From assembly GCA_030698625.1 (NCBI GenBank), contig JAUYMS010000027.1, positions 103,781 to 167,780 of the forward strand: DNA of 64,000 nt. The letters run 5' to 3'. Each line of letters opens with the position of its first letter. Within the stretch, counting starts at the first letter, position 1. The stretch is from Candidatus Omnitrophota bacterium. Lineage in GTDB: Bacteria; Omnitrophota; Omnitrophia; Omnitrophales; Aquincolibacteriaceae. Both the position numbers and the translations under genes were made by a program. Positions 42,715-51,854 of the stretch are shown here, one piece after another. The notes under the pieces are model-generated. The model was not told the DNA's origin. It saw only the letters and a list, made by a program, of their open reading frames with translations, and did not search any database.

Positions 42715-43479
42715 CTATTTCCTCAGCTTAAACCCAATCCGGAAGAGATAAACGGTCACGGAAAATAATACGAAAAAGATGCAAACGACAACGGTCATAC
42801 ACTGCCCGAGCGGCACATCCGAAATTCCCAGCATTGCGTACCGCATGCCATTGACCATGTAGAACATCGGGTTAAACTGCGTTACCCATCTTAGCGCTTC
42901 CGGCACCATCGTAATGGAGTGGAACACCCCGCCGAAGAAGATCAGCGGAGTAATAACAAAGGTAGTAACCACAGTCAAATGCTCAAACTCCTCCGCGAAT
43001 AACGCCATGATCATACCCGCTGAGGAGAATGTAAGCGAGACAAAAATAAGAAAAAACACCATCACTTCAGGATGCGCCGGCGGAAATCTTACGAACATAA
43101 GCGAGACACAGTAAACACCCGTTGCCGTCACTGAACTTCGGACCAAGCCCCCGATCAGCATGGCCATCACCATTTCGACATACGACAACGGCGTCACAAG
43201 CAACTCTTCGATATTGTTGGCCCATCGAGAAATAAACAAGGAGCTAGAGGTGTTGGCGTAGGCGCCCTCGATAATATACATCATCAACAGTCCCGGAATT
43301 AAATAGGTTAAGTACGGAACGCCTTCGACTGTTTTGATGTGTCTGCCCAACGAGAACCCGAATATGAAAATATAAAGAAAGCTCGAGACCACCGGAGGGA
43401 AGATGGTTTGACGGAACACCGAGATGAATCGAAATATTTCACGATGGACCAAGGCTTGGAAACCGATCATGGAGTTCAC
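42715..43479 (-). CDS. ABC-2 type transporter permease (YadH-like)
   Basis: REIFRF..VFRQT, IPGLLMM, IEELLVTPLS, FFGGVF, NPMFYMVNGMRY. Confidence 0.9.
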   Translation of the reverse strand: MNSMIGFQALVHREIFRFISVFRQTIFPPVVSSFLYIFIFGFSLGRHIKTVEGVPYLTYLIPGLLMMYIIEGAYANTSSSLFISRWANNIEELLVTPLSYVEMVMAMLIGGLVRSSVTATGVYCVSLMFVRFPPAHPEVMVFFLIFVSLTFSSAGMIMALFAEEFEHLTVVTTFVITPLIFFGGVFHSITMVPEALRWVTQFNPMFYMVNGMRYAMLGISDVPLGQCMTVVVCIFFVLFSVTVYLFRIGFKLRK

Positions 43480-44408
43480 GGCGCCGCCTTTTCCTTCGGA
43501 TCACGGATCAGTCTGAGGAATGCGTCTTCAAGGGTGGGGCGTCGTATATCAATCCTGTCGATCTCATACCCATGATTGTGGAGCGACTTTAGAACCTTAG
43601 CCACGGCATTGTCGCGCTCTTCAAAGCGCAGCTTCCGCCCCTTGTCTTCGAGCACAATGGGAATCGCCTCCACGTCCTCAGGCACAGAGAGCATTTCTTT
43701 TTTCAGATAAAGCTCGACCTGGTCGCCGCTCATCCTTCGCACTAAGGCCTCGGTCGGCTCCAACGCAACGATTTTACCGCGATGAATTACGCCGATGCGT
43801 GAACAGAGTTTTTCGGCTTCTTCGATATAGTGTGTCGTTAAAAAGATTGTCGTCCCCTCCTTATTTAAACCTCTGAGAAAGTCCCATAACTGATAGCGCA
43901 ATTCCAAGTCAACGCCGGCGGTGGGCTCATCTAAGATCAGAATTTTGGGGCGGTGGACCAGCGCGCGCGCAATGAGCAGCCTTCGCTTCATCCCGCCCGA
44001 GAGTTTCTTGTATCCATCGTTACTCTTTTCCGTAAGTTTAAAGAACCCGAGCAGTTCTTCGGCGCGCTCTTTGGCCTGACGCTTGGGGACTCCAAAGTAG
44101 CCGGCTTCATAAGTCAGAATCTGCTTCGCTGTCAGAAAGGGGTCAAAGTTAAACTCCTGCGGGACGAGCCCGATGAGAGCACGCGTCTTGCGGTATTCAG
44201 TCAAAACATCATGCCCAAAGACGCGAACTTGTCCGGCGCTGAAGTTTGCGAGGCCGGTGAGTACGCTAATCGTCGTCGTCTTGCCTGCTCCATTCGGGCC
44301 AAGAAAACCGAAAAACTCTCCCGCCTCAACCTCGAGCGACACATCTTCAATCGCCCGGAGACGGCGATAGTCTTTACTCAGGTTTTTAATTGAGATTGCG
44401 GTTTCCAT
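43476..44408 (-). CDS. ABC transporter ATP-binding protein (YadG-like)
   Basis: Walker A GPNGAGKTT, signature LSGGMKRR, Walker B ILILDEPT, TTHY. Confidence 0.93.
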   Translation of the reverse strand: METAISIKNLSKDYRRLRAIEDVSLEVEAGEFFGFLGPNGAGKTTTISVLTGLANFSAGQVRVFGHDVLTEYRKTRALIGLVPQEFNFDPFLTAKQILTYEAGYFGVPKRQAKERAEELLGFFKLTEKSNDGYKKLSGGMKRRLLIARALVHRPKILILDEPTAGVDLELRYQLWDFLRGLNKEGTTIFLTTHYIEEAEKLCSRIGVIHRGKIVALEPTEALVRRMSGDQVELYLKKEMLSVPEDVEAIPIVLEDKGRKLRFEERDNAVAKVLKSLHNHGYEIDRIDIRRPTLEDAFLRLIRDPKEKAAP

Positions 44409-44419
44409 AAGGGCGGCTG

Positions 44420-45127
44420 TTAGGCTAGGCTTCGGTGAAGATAGAAATCATCTATTCCGAGTTTTTCCGGTCTGCGGGGATCAAGACTAGCGCGAATAAA
44501 AATATACTCGTTGGCTTCTAGGAGGCCGCGCAACTTCGCTCGCAAAGCCGTATCACGGTGATGCTCCACGGTGACGGCGCGAAACTGGTATCGGCCAAAC
44601 GGGAAACGGCTTAGAATCGCAAACTCACTGCCTTCCGTGTCCAGGCTCAGGTAATCAATCGTCTTCGGAGCATTATACTTTTCGAGAATGGCCGCGAGGG
44701 GTGCGGCCTTCCTGCGCTCAACGGCAACCGCCGGATTGTCCGGCACGTACGAGCGGACATCCGCGATAATTTTCGCAGCGCGCTCATTGGGATAAAAGTC
44801 CACCTCGCCAAAATCGGCCGCAACCACTGAGTCGTCGCAGTGGCACCGCCGGACCTGCGCCATTCTGGCAAAGGCCCCGCGGCAAGGCTCAATGCAGATA
44901 CCGTCCCAATACAGGTACTTTTCAAGCGCATAACTGTTGCTCCCCTTAACACCGTTATGGGCCCCTACATCCACAAAATAACCGCGTTTCTTCTTGCCGA
45001 AAATCTCTTCGATAACCCAGCGATCCTGCCCCGTTTTCCTCGAGCTAAAATACGGGACAGGGCGATCAATAGCAAAACGCCGGTACGTCCATTCCGCCGC
45101 ATGGCTTAGCGGACCGAATCGCCTCAT
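44420..45127 (-). CDS. FkbM family methyltransferase
   Basis: YFVDVGAHNG, WDGICIEP, IDYLSLDTEGSE. Start re-called downstream of the tRNA (ATG 45127). Confidence 0.85.
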   Translation of the reverse strand: MRRFGPLSHAAEWTYRRFAIDRPVPYFSSRKTGQDRWVIEEIFGKKKRGYFVDVGAHNGVKGSNSYALEKYLYWDGICIEPCRGAFARMAQVRRCHCDDSVVAADFGEVDFYPNERAAKIIADVRSYVPDNPAVAVERRKAAPLAAILEKYNAPKTIDYLSLDTEGSEFAILSRFPFGRYQFRAVTVEHHRDTALRAKLRGLLEANEYIFIRASLDPRRPEKLGIDDFYLHRSLA

Positions 45128-45189
45128 CGATTTGATTTCCTGCTTCCACGGATCCACAGCGCTGCCTCTATCCCTTTTCACTGAAAAAA

Positions 45190-45279
45190 TGGCGGAGAGG
45201 AAGGGATTCGAACCCTTGAGACCTTGCAGTCTACTCGCTTTCCAAGCGAGCGCACTCGACCGGGCTATGCGACCTCTCC
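45190..45279 (-). tRNA. tRNA-Ser(GGA)
   Basis: GGAGAGG acceptor stem, anticodon arm CTCGC-TTGGAAA-GCGAG, long variable arm, GGTTCGAATCC, encoded CCA. Confidence 0.95.
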
Positions 45280-45304
45280 GTATAACTTTCAAAAAAGCTT
45301 ACCG

Positions 45305-46003
45305 CTAATCTTTTAAAGCCGCTGCCAGCTCTCTATAGATCTCCGGCAACTTTCCGTTCCACTGGTTAAAATAAACCAGGTCCTCGAGCGGAAGCCGACT
45401 CCGCCACCCCGCAGCTTCCAATTCAGGGATCTCCGGGAACTCGCTCACATACCCAAGGCACAGGTACGCCACAATGACATGTTTGGGAGGGATATTTAAT
45501 ATCTCGTGAAGATCTTGGCGGTTGAGAATGCTCACCCACCCCACCCCGATGTTTTCGGCGCGCGCCGCAAGCCAGAGATTCTGAACTGCGCACACCGTCG
45601 AGTACACATCCGTTTCACGCATACTGTTGCGCCCGATGACTTCTCCGGGAATCCGGTTCCGATCGCACGTGACGCATATATTGAGCGGCGACTCCAGGAT
45701 TCCTTCGAGCTTATAAGAAAGATATTTCTCGCGGCGTTCCGCATCAAATTTTTCTGCGGCAGCTTCGCGCTCCCTGAGAAAGGACTCCCGCACGCGTGCC
45801 TTAACACCGACATCGTCAACAACAATAAAACTCCACGGCTGCATGTATCCAACGGACCCGGCGTGATGCGCCGCCTTTAAAATTCGCCCAAGCATCGCAA
45901 CCGGGATGGGTTCCGCCGTGAAGTGTTTTCTTATATCGCGGCGGCCGAAGATCGTTTTGTAAACCGCGTCTCTTTCTGCTGCTGTGATGTCGGGTTGACC
46001 CAT
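45305..46003 (-). CDS. bluB: 5,6-dimethylbenzimidazole synthase BluB (nitroreductase fold)
   Basis: RRDIR, SVGYMQPW, KLEGILESP, YSTVCAVQNLWLAARAE, GVGWVSI, PELE..GW. Confidence 0.85.
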   Translation of the reverse strand: MGQPDITAAERDAVYKTIFGRRDIRKHFTAEPIPVAMLGRILKAAHHAGSVGYMQPWSFIVVDDVGVKARVRESFLREREAAAEKFDAERREKYLSYKLEGILESPLNICVTCDRNRIPGEVIGRNSMRETDVYSTVCAVQNLWLAARAENIGVGWVSILNRQDLHEILNIPPKHVIVAYLCLGYVSEFPEIPELEAAGWRSRLPLEDLVYFNQWNGKLPEIYRELAAALKD

Positions 46004-46488
46004 TACCTTTTTTCCTTGCGGAGATTTCGAAAAAACTCCTGCAGAATTAGACGCGCGTCCTGCTCCAGGATTCCGGAGACAACGTTTAAGGTGTGATTCA
46101 AACGATCGTCCTCAGGAATCCGGTAAAGACTTTCACACGCGCCGGCCTTCGGATCCTTTGCCCCATAAACTAAGGTTTTACACTTCGTCAGAACCAGCGC
46201 TCCCGCACACATAGAACACGGTTCAAGGGTCACATAAAGAGTCGCTCCTTCGAGCGAACCGCGATGGCCCTCTTTGCCCTGGGAAACGGTTTCAGACGCT
46301 TGGGTAAGCGCGATCATTTCGGCGTGCGCTGTCGGATCCTTGAGCGTTTCCATCTGATTGTGGGCGCGCCCTACGATTCGGTTTTTCCAAATCACAACAG
46401 CGCCCACAGGCGCTTCGCCCTTGTCGAATGCGAGCTTGGCCTGCTTTAACGCTTCGCGCATATAGTGTTCGTGAACCGAATCGCTCAT
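46003..46488 (-). CDS. tadA: tRNA adenosine(34) deaminase
   Basis: GEAPVGAV, DPTAHAE, LYVTLEPCSMCAGA, DPKAGA, RLNH. Confidence 0.93.
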   Translation of the reverse strand: MSDSVHEHYMREALKQAKLAFDKGEAPVGAVVIWKNRIVGRAHNQMETLKDPTAHAEMIALTQASETVSQGKEGHRGSLEGATLYVTLEPCSMCAGALVLTKCKTLVYGAKDPKAGACESLYRIPEDDRLNHTLNVVSGILEQDARLILQEFFRNLRKEKR

Positions 46489-46560
46489 AAGACAACAATG
46501 ACTCGTGGCTTATCGCCACGAGCCACGACGTGTGTTCAGCTCTTTATAAAAATATAGGTT

Positions 46561-46637
46561 TGGTGCGCCCGGTAGGAGTTGAACCTGCAACCTCCTCATC
46601 CGTAGTGAGGCGCTCTATCCAATTGAGCTACGGGCGC
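46561..46637 (-). tRNA. tRNA-Arg(ACG)
   Basis: GCGCCCG acceptor stem, D arm AGCTCAATTGGATAGAGC, anticodon arm CCTCA-CTACGGA-TGAGG, GGTTCAACTCC, CCA end. Confidence 0.95.
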
Positions 46638-46659
46638 ATGGTGTTTCAAAAGAATGCTA

Positions 46660-46687
46660 ATTATACCTATTCCGCAGGGGAATGCAA
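46660..46687 (-). promoter_or_regulatory. Putative sigma70 promoter for tRNA-Arg-tadA-bluB
   Basis: Minus strand TTGCAT-16 nt-TATAAT just upstream of the tRNA. Confidence 0.5.
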
Positions 46688-46838
46688 AAGCTCGCTACTC
46701 CTGTTCGGAAAAAGAGATAGAACATTTGTGAAGCAAAAATTGGCTTGTCTTAGTGGCGCTATGTGGTGATTTGTGGTGCTCTATAATGATCTATTATATT
46801 GCCTTGATTGTGCGATTATAGCATGTTACGTTTTAATT

Positions 46839-47747
46839 ATGGCAGAGATAGTTAAATGCTTTAGGAAGTGTTGGTGTGCTCCAACGCAGCTGTTTGGGAT
46901 CCTTGGGTATGCTCTGCTCGCATTCCTTTTAAGCTATACATCCCCTGTTCTTGCAGATGACAGCTTGGGGGAAACATCCGGGGGAAATCCGTCGAGTCCA
47001 CCCGCCATATCCATAGAAGACGCTGATGCGCGCACAGTGAAATTGCGGGGCCATATGGCCCTCATGTCGGCTAGCGGCAGTTTTTCATTCAAGGGCGTGG
47101 TGGAGCGAGTTGCAGTAGCTGTACCTTCGGCATCGCAAGTCGTGAGACGCCAGTCAACCACTCCGACCTTTGTATCAGAGATTCGAGCTGCTACTGCCGT
47201 GCTGCGGCAAACCGAGGGTTTGAGTGCGGCGGTGCTTAACGAACAGATCAAACAGATTATTCAGAACCGTTCTGCGGAATCAACGTCAGACAATAGCAAT
47301 AATTTTAAACGCCCGGTTGCGATGCCAAACAATCTCGAAAACCCCAGCATGTCTGACCCTAAAGCCGAAGAGCGGAGAAAAGCTCTCGCGGAATTGCTGC
47401 ATCGAATTAACCATGGCCTCGGAGAGAAACCAGAGGACGATTCCAAAACCGAGGATGGGGTAGATGGCTTCCCCTTCGCCGACGCCCTATCCGGGCATAT
47501 GCTGACACAATCCGAGGAGGGCGGAGAAAATCCTCAATCACAGGTTCTTAAGAGCAGACGCGATCAGCGCCGCGAGCAACAGCGTGAGGCAAGAAGCCTG
47601 AAGATCAAAAGAGATGCCCATGAGAATCAGCGCTCTCTGCTACGAACGCTTTTCGGGAGGCAATTATCATTCCATAGTGAACGCGACGAACACCCCCGGG
47701 GACATCTTCTCCCCAACCCCAACTCAGCACCCAATATCACATCTTAG
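46839..47747 (+). CDS. Hypothetical protein with N-terminal signal/TM segment and a low-complexity body
   Basis: Longest ORF between the tRNAs. Hydrophobic LFGILGYALLAFLLSYTSPVLA followed by a polar, probably disordered sequence. Start uncertain. Confidence 0.5.
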   Translation: MAEIVKCFRKCWCAPTQLFGILGYALLAFLLSYTSPVLADDSLGETSGGNPSSPPAISIEDADARTVKLRGHMALMSASGSFSFKGVVERVAVAVPSASQVVRRQSTTPTFVSEIRAATAVLRQTEGLSAAVLNEQIKQIIQNRSAESTSDNSNNFKRPVAMPNNLENPSMSDPKAEERRKALAELLHRINHGLGEKPEDDSKTEDGVDGFPFADALSGHMLTQSEEGGENPQSQVLKSRRDQRREQQREARSLKIKRDAHENQRSLLRTLFGRQLSFHSERDEHPRGHLLPNPNSAPNITS

Positions 47748-47889
47748 GCATTAAGCGCTCACCTCAAACCTCGCGATTATCCGCAAAGATATTCCTCTGG
47801 GTATTATCCAATTCCGCTGGAGCAATTCGGCATGCTGTTTGGGACAACGCTAGGAAATGGTGCCGCCTTAATTCGTGGGGGAATAAGTA

Positions 47890-47980
47890 CGGAGAGGGGG
47901 GGATTCGAACCCCCGGTAGAGTGTTACCCCTACAGCGGTTTAGCAAACCGCCGCACTAAGCCGGGCTATGCGACCTCTCC
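47890..47980 (-). tRNA. tRNA-Ser(GCT)
   Basis: GGAGAGG acceptor stem, anticodon arm GCGGT-TTGCTAA-ACCGC, long variable arm, GGTTCGAATCC. CCA not encoded. Confidence 0.95.
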
Positions 47981-48007
47981 ATAAATGAATAGTGCTCAAT
48001 TAGACTT

Positions 48008-48091
48008 CGGAGGGCGAGGGACTCGAACCCCCAAGTCCTTTCGGACGGCGGTTTTCAAGACCGCTGCCTTGCCAATTCGGCGCAGCCCTCC
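48008..48091 (-). tRNA. tRNA-Ser(TGA)
   Basis: GGAGGGC acceptor stem, anticodon arm GCGGT-CTTGAAA-ACCGC, variable arm GTCCGAAAGGAC, GGTTCGAGTCC. CCA not encoded. Confidence 0.92.
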
Positions 48092-48099
48092 ATCAAACC

Positions 48100-49353
48100 T
48101 TACGACAGATAGGCTGCCAGCGCCTCCGGAAAGTTAACCTTTCCGTCTGCCGTCTGAAAATTCTCGAGGAGGCAAAGAACCGTTCGCGCCAACGCAACGC
48201 CCGACCCGTTGAGCGTGTGCACAAACTCCACTTTCCCTGTCTTGCTCGACCGATACCGCACATTGATACGTCGCGCCTGAAAATCGCCAAACATACTGCA
48301 ACTCGAAATCTCATACCACTTTTCACTTACCGGCGCCCAGACCTCAAGATCATAACACTTTGACGATGCAAAACTCATGTCCCCGCTCCCAAGAAGCACG
48401 ACGCGATAAGGAAGTTCGAGGGCCTGTAAAATTGCTTCGGCATTTTCAACCAGCGTTTCTAATTCTTCGGACGCGCTCTCCGGTTTCACAAATTTGACCA
48501 TCTCAACTTTATCAAATTGATGCACGCGCGACAAACCCCGCGTGTCTTTTCCGTACGACCCTGCTTCCCGGCGAAAGCACGGCGAATACGCCACGTACCG
48601 CACAGGCAACTGCTTTTCGTCCAGAGTCTCATCCCTTAACAGATTCGTCACCGGCACTTCAGCTGTTGGAACTAGAAACAAATCATCGTCTCGCAAAGCG
48701 TACATGTCTTCTTCTAAATTCGGCAATTGCCCCGTTCCGGTCATCGACGTCCGGTTGACCAATGCCGGCGGCCACACTTCCGTGTAGCCGTGTTTGGAGA
48801 CATGGAGATCGACCATGAAGTTGATCAGTGTTCGCTCCAGCTTCGCCCCAAAGCCCTGGTACACAGGGAACGCTGAGCCGGTGATCTTACTGCCGCGCTC
48901 CATGGAAAGCCAGCCCAAATCCTTGGCTAAATCAAGGTGATCTTTAGCCGCGAAATCATGTTTTCGGGGCTCCCCCCAGGTCCGAACCACCTTATTACCC
49001 GTAGTGCCGCGTGCGACAGGCACTGTTTCATCGGGTAAGTTTGGGATTGTATACATAATAGTGGCGATTTTTTCTTCAATATCCCCCACTTCTGTATCAA
49101 TTTCTTTTATTTGTTGGGATGACGTCTTAATCGTGGAAATAACCGTTTCCGCAGATTCGCCCTTCTTCTTCAGTCTGGAGATTTCGTCATTGGCCTGGTT
49201 GCGTTGGGATTTAAGTTGCTCGACATCCTGAATGAGGTTACGTCTTCGCCGGTCCAGATCCAGAAGTTCATCTAGGGGGAGGGTGGCTCCTTTGGCAGCA
49301 AGGCCCTGTTGTGCGGCGTCAGGATTTTCCCTTATCCACCTGATGTCGAGCAC
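48100..49353 (-). CDS. serS: Serine--tRNA ligase
   Basis: MLDI, coiled-coil arm, LVPTAEVP, CFRREAGSYG, RVHQFDKVEM, EISSCS, HTLNGSG. Confidence 0.98.
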   Translation of the reverse strand: MLDIRWIRENPDAAQQGLAAKGATLPLDELLDLDRRRRNLIQDVEQLKSQRNQANDEISRLKKKGESAETVISTIKTSSQQIKEIDTEVGDIEEKIATIMYTIPNLPDETVPVARGTTGNKVVRTWGEPRKHDFAAKDHLDLAKDLGWLSMERGSKITGSAFPVYQGFGAKLERTLINFMVDLHVSKHGYTEVWPPALVNRTSMTGTGQLPNLEEDMYALRDDDLFLVPTAEVPVTNLLRDETLDEKQLPVRYVAYSPCFRREAGSYGKDTRGLSRVHQFDKVEMVKFVKPESASEELETLVENAEAILQALELPYRVVLLGSGDMSFASSKCYDLEVWAPVSEKWYEISSCSMFGDFQARRINVRYRSSKTGKVEFVHTLNGSGVALARTVLCLLENFQTADGKVNFPEALAAYLS

Positions 49354-49355
49354 AA

Positions 49356-51851
49356 CTATGTCCCCGCCTTGCCCTTTTTCTCAAGGTCCAGTTCGGGATT
49401 TTCCTCTTCCTTTTCGACGACCCGTGCAGCGGCAGCGACTTTATCGTTGCCTTTAAGACGAATCACACGAACACCGACGGCATTGCGCCCGGAAGTGCGA
49501 ATCTGATCCACGGGGCACCGCACCACCATTCCGCCCGAGGTCACGATGATTAGCTCGTCTTGCTCCTGAACAGAAATGACTTTTATTACATTTCCATTTT
49601 TCGCGGCGACTTTTAGGTTGATAATCCCCTTACCGCCGCGGGATTGAATGCGATACTCTTTGAATTTAGTCTTCTTCCCGAATCCCAATTGAGTTATCGT
49701 TAAGGCTGTGGCATTAGGGTCAACGATCTCCATCCCGATCGCCCTATCCCCTTTTCCGAGCGCGATTCCACGAACACCCGAGGCCGTTCGCCCCATCTCG
49801 CGGACGTCTTTTTCCGAAAAGCGAATCGCCTTACCCGCCTGTGTGGGAATAAAAATCTCGTCTTTTCCCGATGTGATTCTGCAAGACACGAGCTCATCTT
49901 TATCGCGTAGCGAAATGGCCGTGATGCCATTTGAACGCGGCCGCGAATACTGAATGAGATTGGTCTTCTTGACGATACCGTTTTTTGTGATCATTACGAC
50001 AAACCGTTTGTCGTCGTACTCCTTAACCTGCAGATAGCTCGATACAACCTCTCCCGGCCTGAGCGACAACAGGTTGACGATAGCCTTCCCCCGTGCCTGG
50101 CGCGAGGCCTGCGGAAGTTCATACGCCTTTCGCCAATAACAGCGGCCCGTGTTCGTAAAAAAGAGGATCGAATCATGCGTGGAAGCTAGAAACATATGCT
50201 GGATAAAATCCTGGTCGTCTCGCAGGCTCGACCCTGTAACGCCGGATCCTCCCCGCCGTTGTTGGCGGTACATCGTCACGGGAATACGTTTTATGTATCC
50301 CGCATACGACATCGTAATAAGAACGTCTTCCTCCGCGATAAGGTCCTCGATCTCCATCTCCTGCTCGGCAGCAACAATCTGCGTTCTGCGCGCGTCGCCA
50401 AACTTTTTCACAACTTCCCGCGACTCCTCCTGGACGATATCGAGAACCTTCTTGCGGCTCTTCAAAACACCCCGGAAATACTCGATCCTTTTGATTAACT
50501 CCAAGTATTCTTCGTCTATTTTTTTGCGTTCCAGCTGAGTCAATCGCTGCAGCTGCATCTCCAAAATGGCCTGTGCCTGTCTGTCGCTTAATTTCAACTT
50601 TGACGTCAGCTCTTCCTTTGCTTCCTGTGGGCTTTTTGAAGCGCGGATAATCTTAATTACCTTGTCGAGATTTGAGATCGCGATTTTCAACCCCTCAAGA
50701 ATATGGGCCCTCTTCTCGGCTTTAGCCAATTCAAAGCGCGTCCGCCGCATGACGACATCCACGCGGAATTCGATGAAATGCTGAATCATTTGTTTCAAAT
50801 TCAAAACTCGCGGCTGGCCACCTACCAATGCCAGCATGATCACGCCGAATGTTTCTTGCATCTGGGTATGTTTGTAGAGAAGATTAAGCACGATTTGCGG
50901 AATGGCGTCCCGCTTGAGCTCGATGACCAAGCGCATACCGTCACGATCCGATTCGTCGCGGATATCATGAATGCCCTCGATCTTCTTGGACTCGACCAGC
51001 CCGGCGGCGGTTTCGATGAGATTGGTCTTGTTGACTTGATACGGAATTTCAGTGATGACAATAGCATCCTTCTTGCCCGTCCCGGTTTCAATGGCCGCCT
51101 TCGCCCGCATCACGATTCTGCCGCGGCCGGTTTCGAACGCATTTCGAATGCCTTCACGGCCCAAGATCGATCCCCCGGTCGGAAAATCGGGACCTTTGAC
51201 TATTTTTAAAAGTTCTTTGATGGTGATGTCGGGATTTTCAATCGTAGCCTCAATTGCCGCCCCGATCTCGGTTAGGTTGTGCGGCGGAATATTCGTCGCC
51301 ATGCCGACAGCGATGCCCCCGGAACCGTTGATGAGAAGATTGGGTAGTGTTGACGGCAACACGGTCGGCTCTTCGAGAGATTCGTCAAAGTTGGCAGTAA
51401 AATCAACGGTCTCCTTATCGATGTCCGAAAGAATTTCATTACTGACAGCAGCGAGACGCGCTTCGGTGTAACGCATGGCCGCCGCACTATCCCCATCGAT
51501 AGAGCCAAAGTTTCCTTGCCCGTCAATGAGCGGATAACGCAGGGAAAAATCCTGCACCATTCGGACCAAAGACTCATACACCGCCACGTCTCCGTGCGGG
51601 TGATATTTCCCGAGCACCTCTCCGACGATACGGGCAGATTTCTTATAGGCTTTATTGTGGGCAAGCCCCAGATCGTTCATGGCAAAAAGAATACGCCGAT
51701 GTACCGGTTTCAAGCCATCGCGTACATCCGGTAGGGCTCGACCCACGATAACCGACATCGCATAATCGATGTAGGAATCCCGCATCTCATCTTCGATGGG
51801 AACAGGAACAATCTTTTCATTTAGTGCGTATAAATTTTTTCCTTCTGCCAT
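49356..51851 (-). CDS. gyrA: DNA gyrase subunit A
   Basis: [29 protein letters not shown], GyrA box QRRGGSG. Confidence 0.98.
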   Translation of the reverse strand: MAEGKNLYALNEKIVPVPIEDEMRDSYIDYAMSVIVGRALPDVRDGLKPVHRRILFAMNDLGLAHNKAYKKSARIVGEVLGKYHPHGDVAVYESLVRMVQDFSLRYPLIDGQGNFGSIDGDSAAAMRYTEARLAAVSNEILSDIDKETVDFTANFDESLEEPTVLPSTLPNLLINGSGGIAVGMATNIPPHNLTEIGAAIEATIENPDITIKELLKIVKGPDFPTGGSILGREGIRNAFETGRGRIVMRAKAAIETGTGKKDAIVITEIPYQVNKTNLIETAAGLVESKKIEGIHDIRDESDRDGMRLVIELKRDAIPQIVLNLLYKHTQMQETFGVIMLALVGGQPRVLNLKQMIQHFIEFRVDVVMRRTRFELAKAEKRAHILEGLKIAISNLDKVIKIIRASKSPQEAKEELTSKLKLSDRQAQAILEMQLQRLTQLERKKIDEEYLELIKRIEYFRGVLKSRKKVLDIVQEESREVVKKFGDARRTQIVAAEQEMEIEDLIAEEDVLITMSYAGYIKRIPVTMYRQQRRGGSGVTGSSLRDDQDFIQHMFLASTHDSILFFTNTGRCYWRKAYELPQASRQARGKAIVNLLSLRPGEVVSSYLQVKEYDDKRFVVMITKNGIVKKTNLIQYSRPRSNGITAISLRDKDELVSCRITSGKDEIFIPTQAGKAIRFSEKDVREMGRTASGVRGIALGKGDRAIGMEIVDPNATALTITQLGFGKKTKFKEYRIQSRGGKGIINLKVAAKNGNVIKVISVQEQDELIIVTSGGMVVRCPVDQIRTSGRNAVGVRVIRLKGNDKVAAAARVVEKEEENPELDLEKKGKAGT

Positions 51852-51854
51852 GAT

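Noticed and set aside
45128-45292. ORF-track N-terminal extension of the FkbM gene
   Set aside because: It reads through the tRNA-Ser(GGA) gene.
46502-46522. Short hairpin CTCGTGGC-TTATC-GCCACGAG between tRNA-Arg and tadA as a REP/MITE element
   Set aside because: I saw only one copy in the window. It may be a processing or attenuation stem, but there is no evidence of a repeat family.
48008-48091. tRNA with 'TGA' as a selenocysteine or suppressor tRNA
   Set aside because: TGA is the anticodon and reads the UCA serine codon. tRNA-Sec would have anticodon TCA and a longer acceptor stem.
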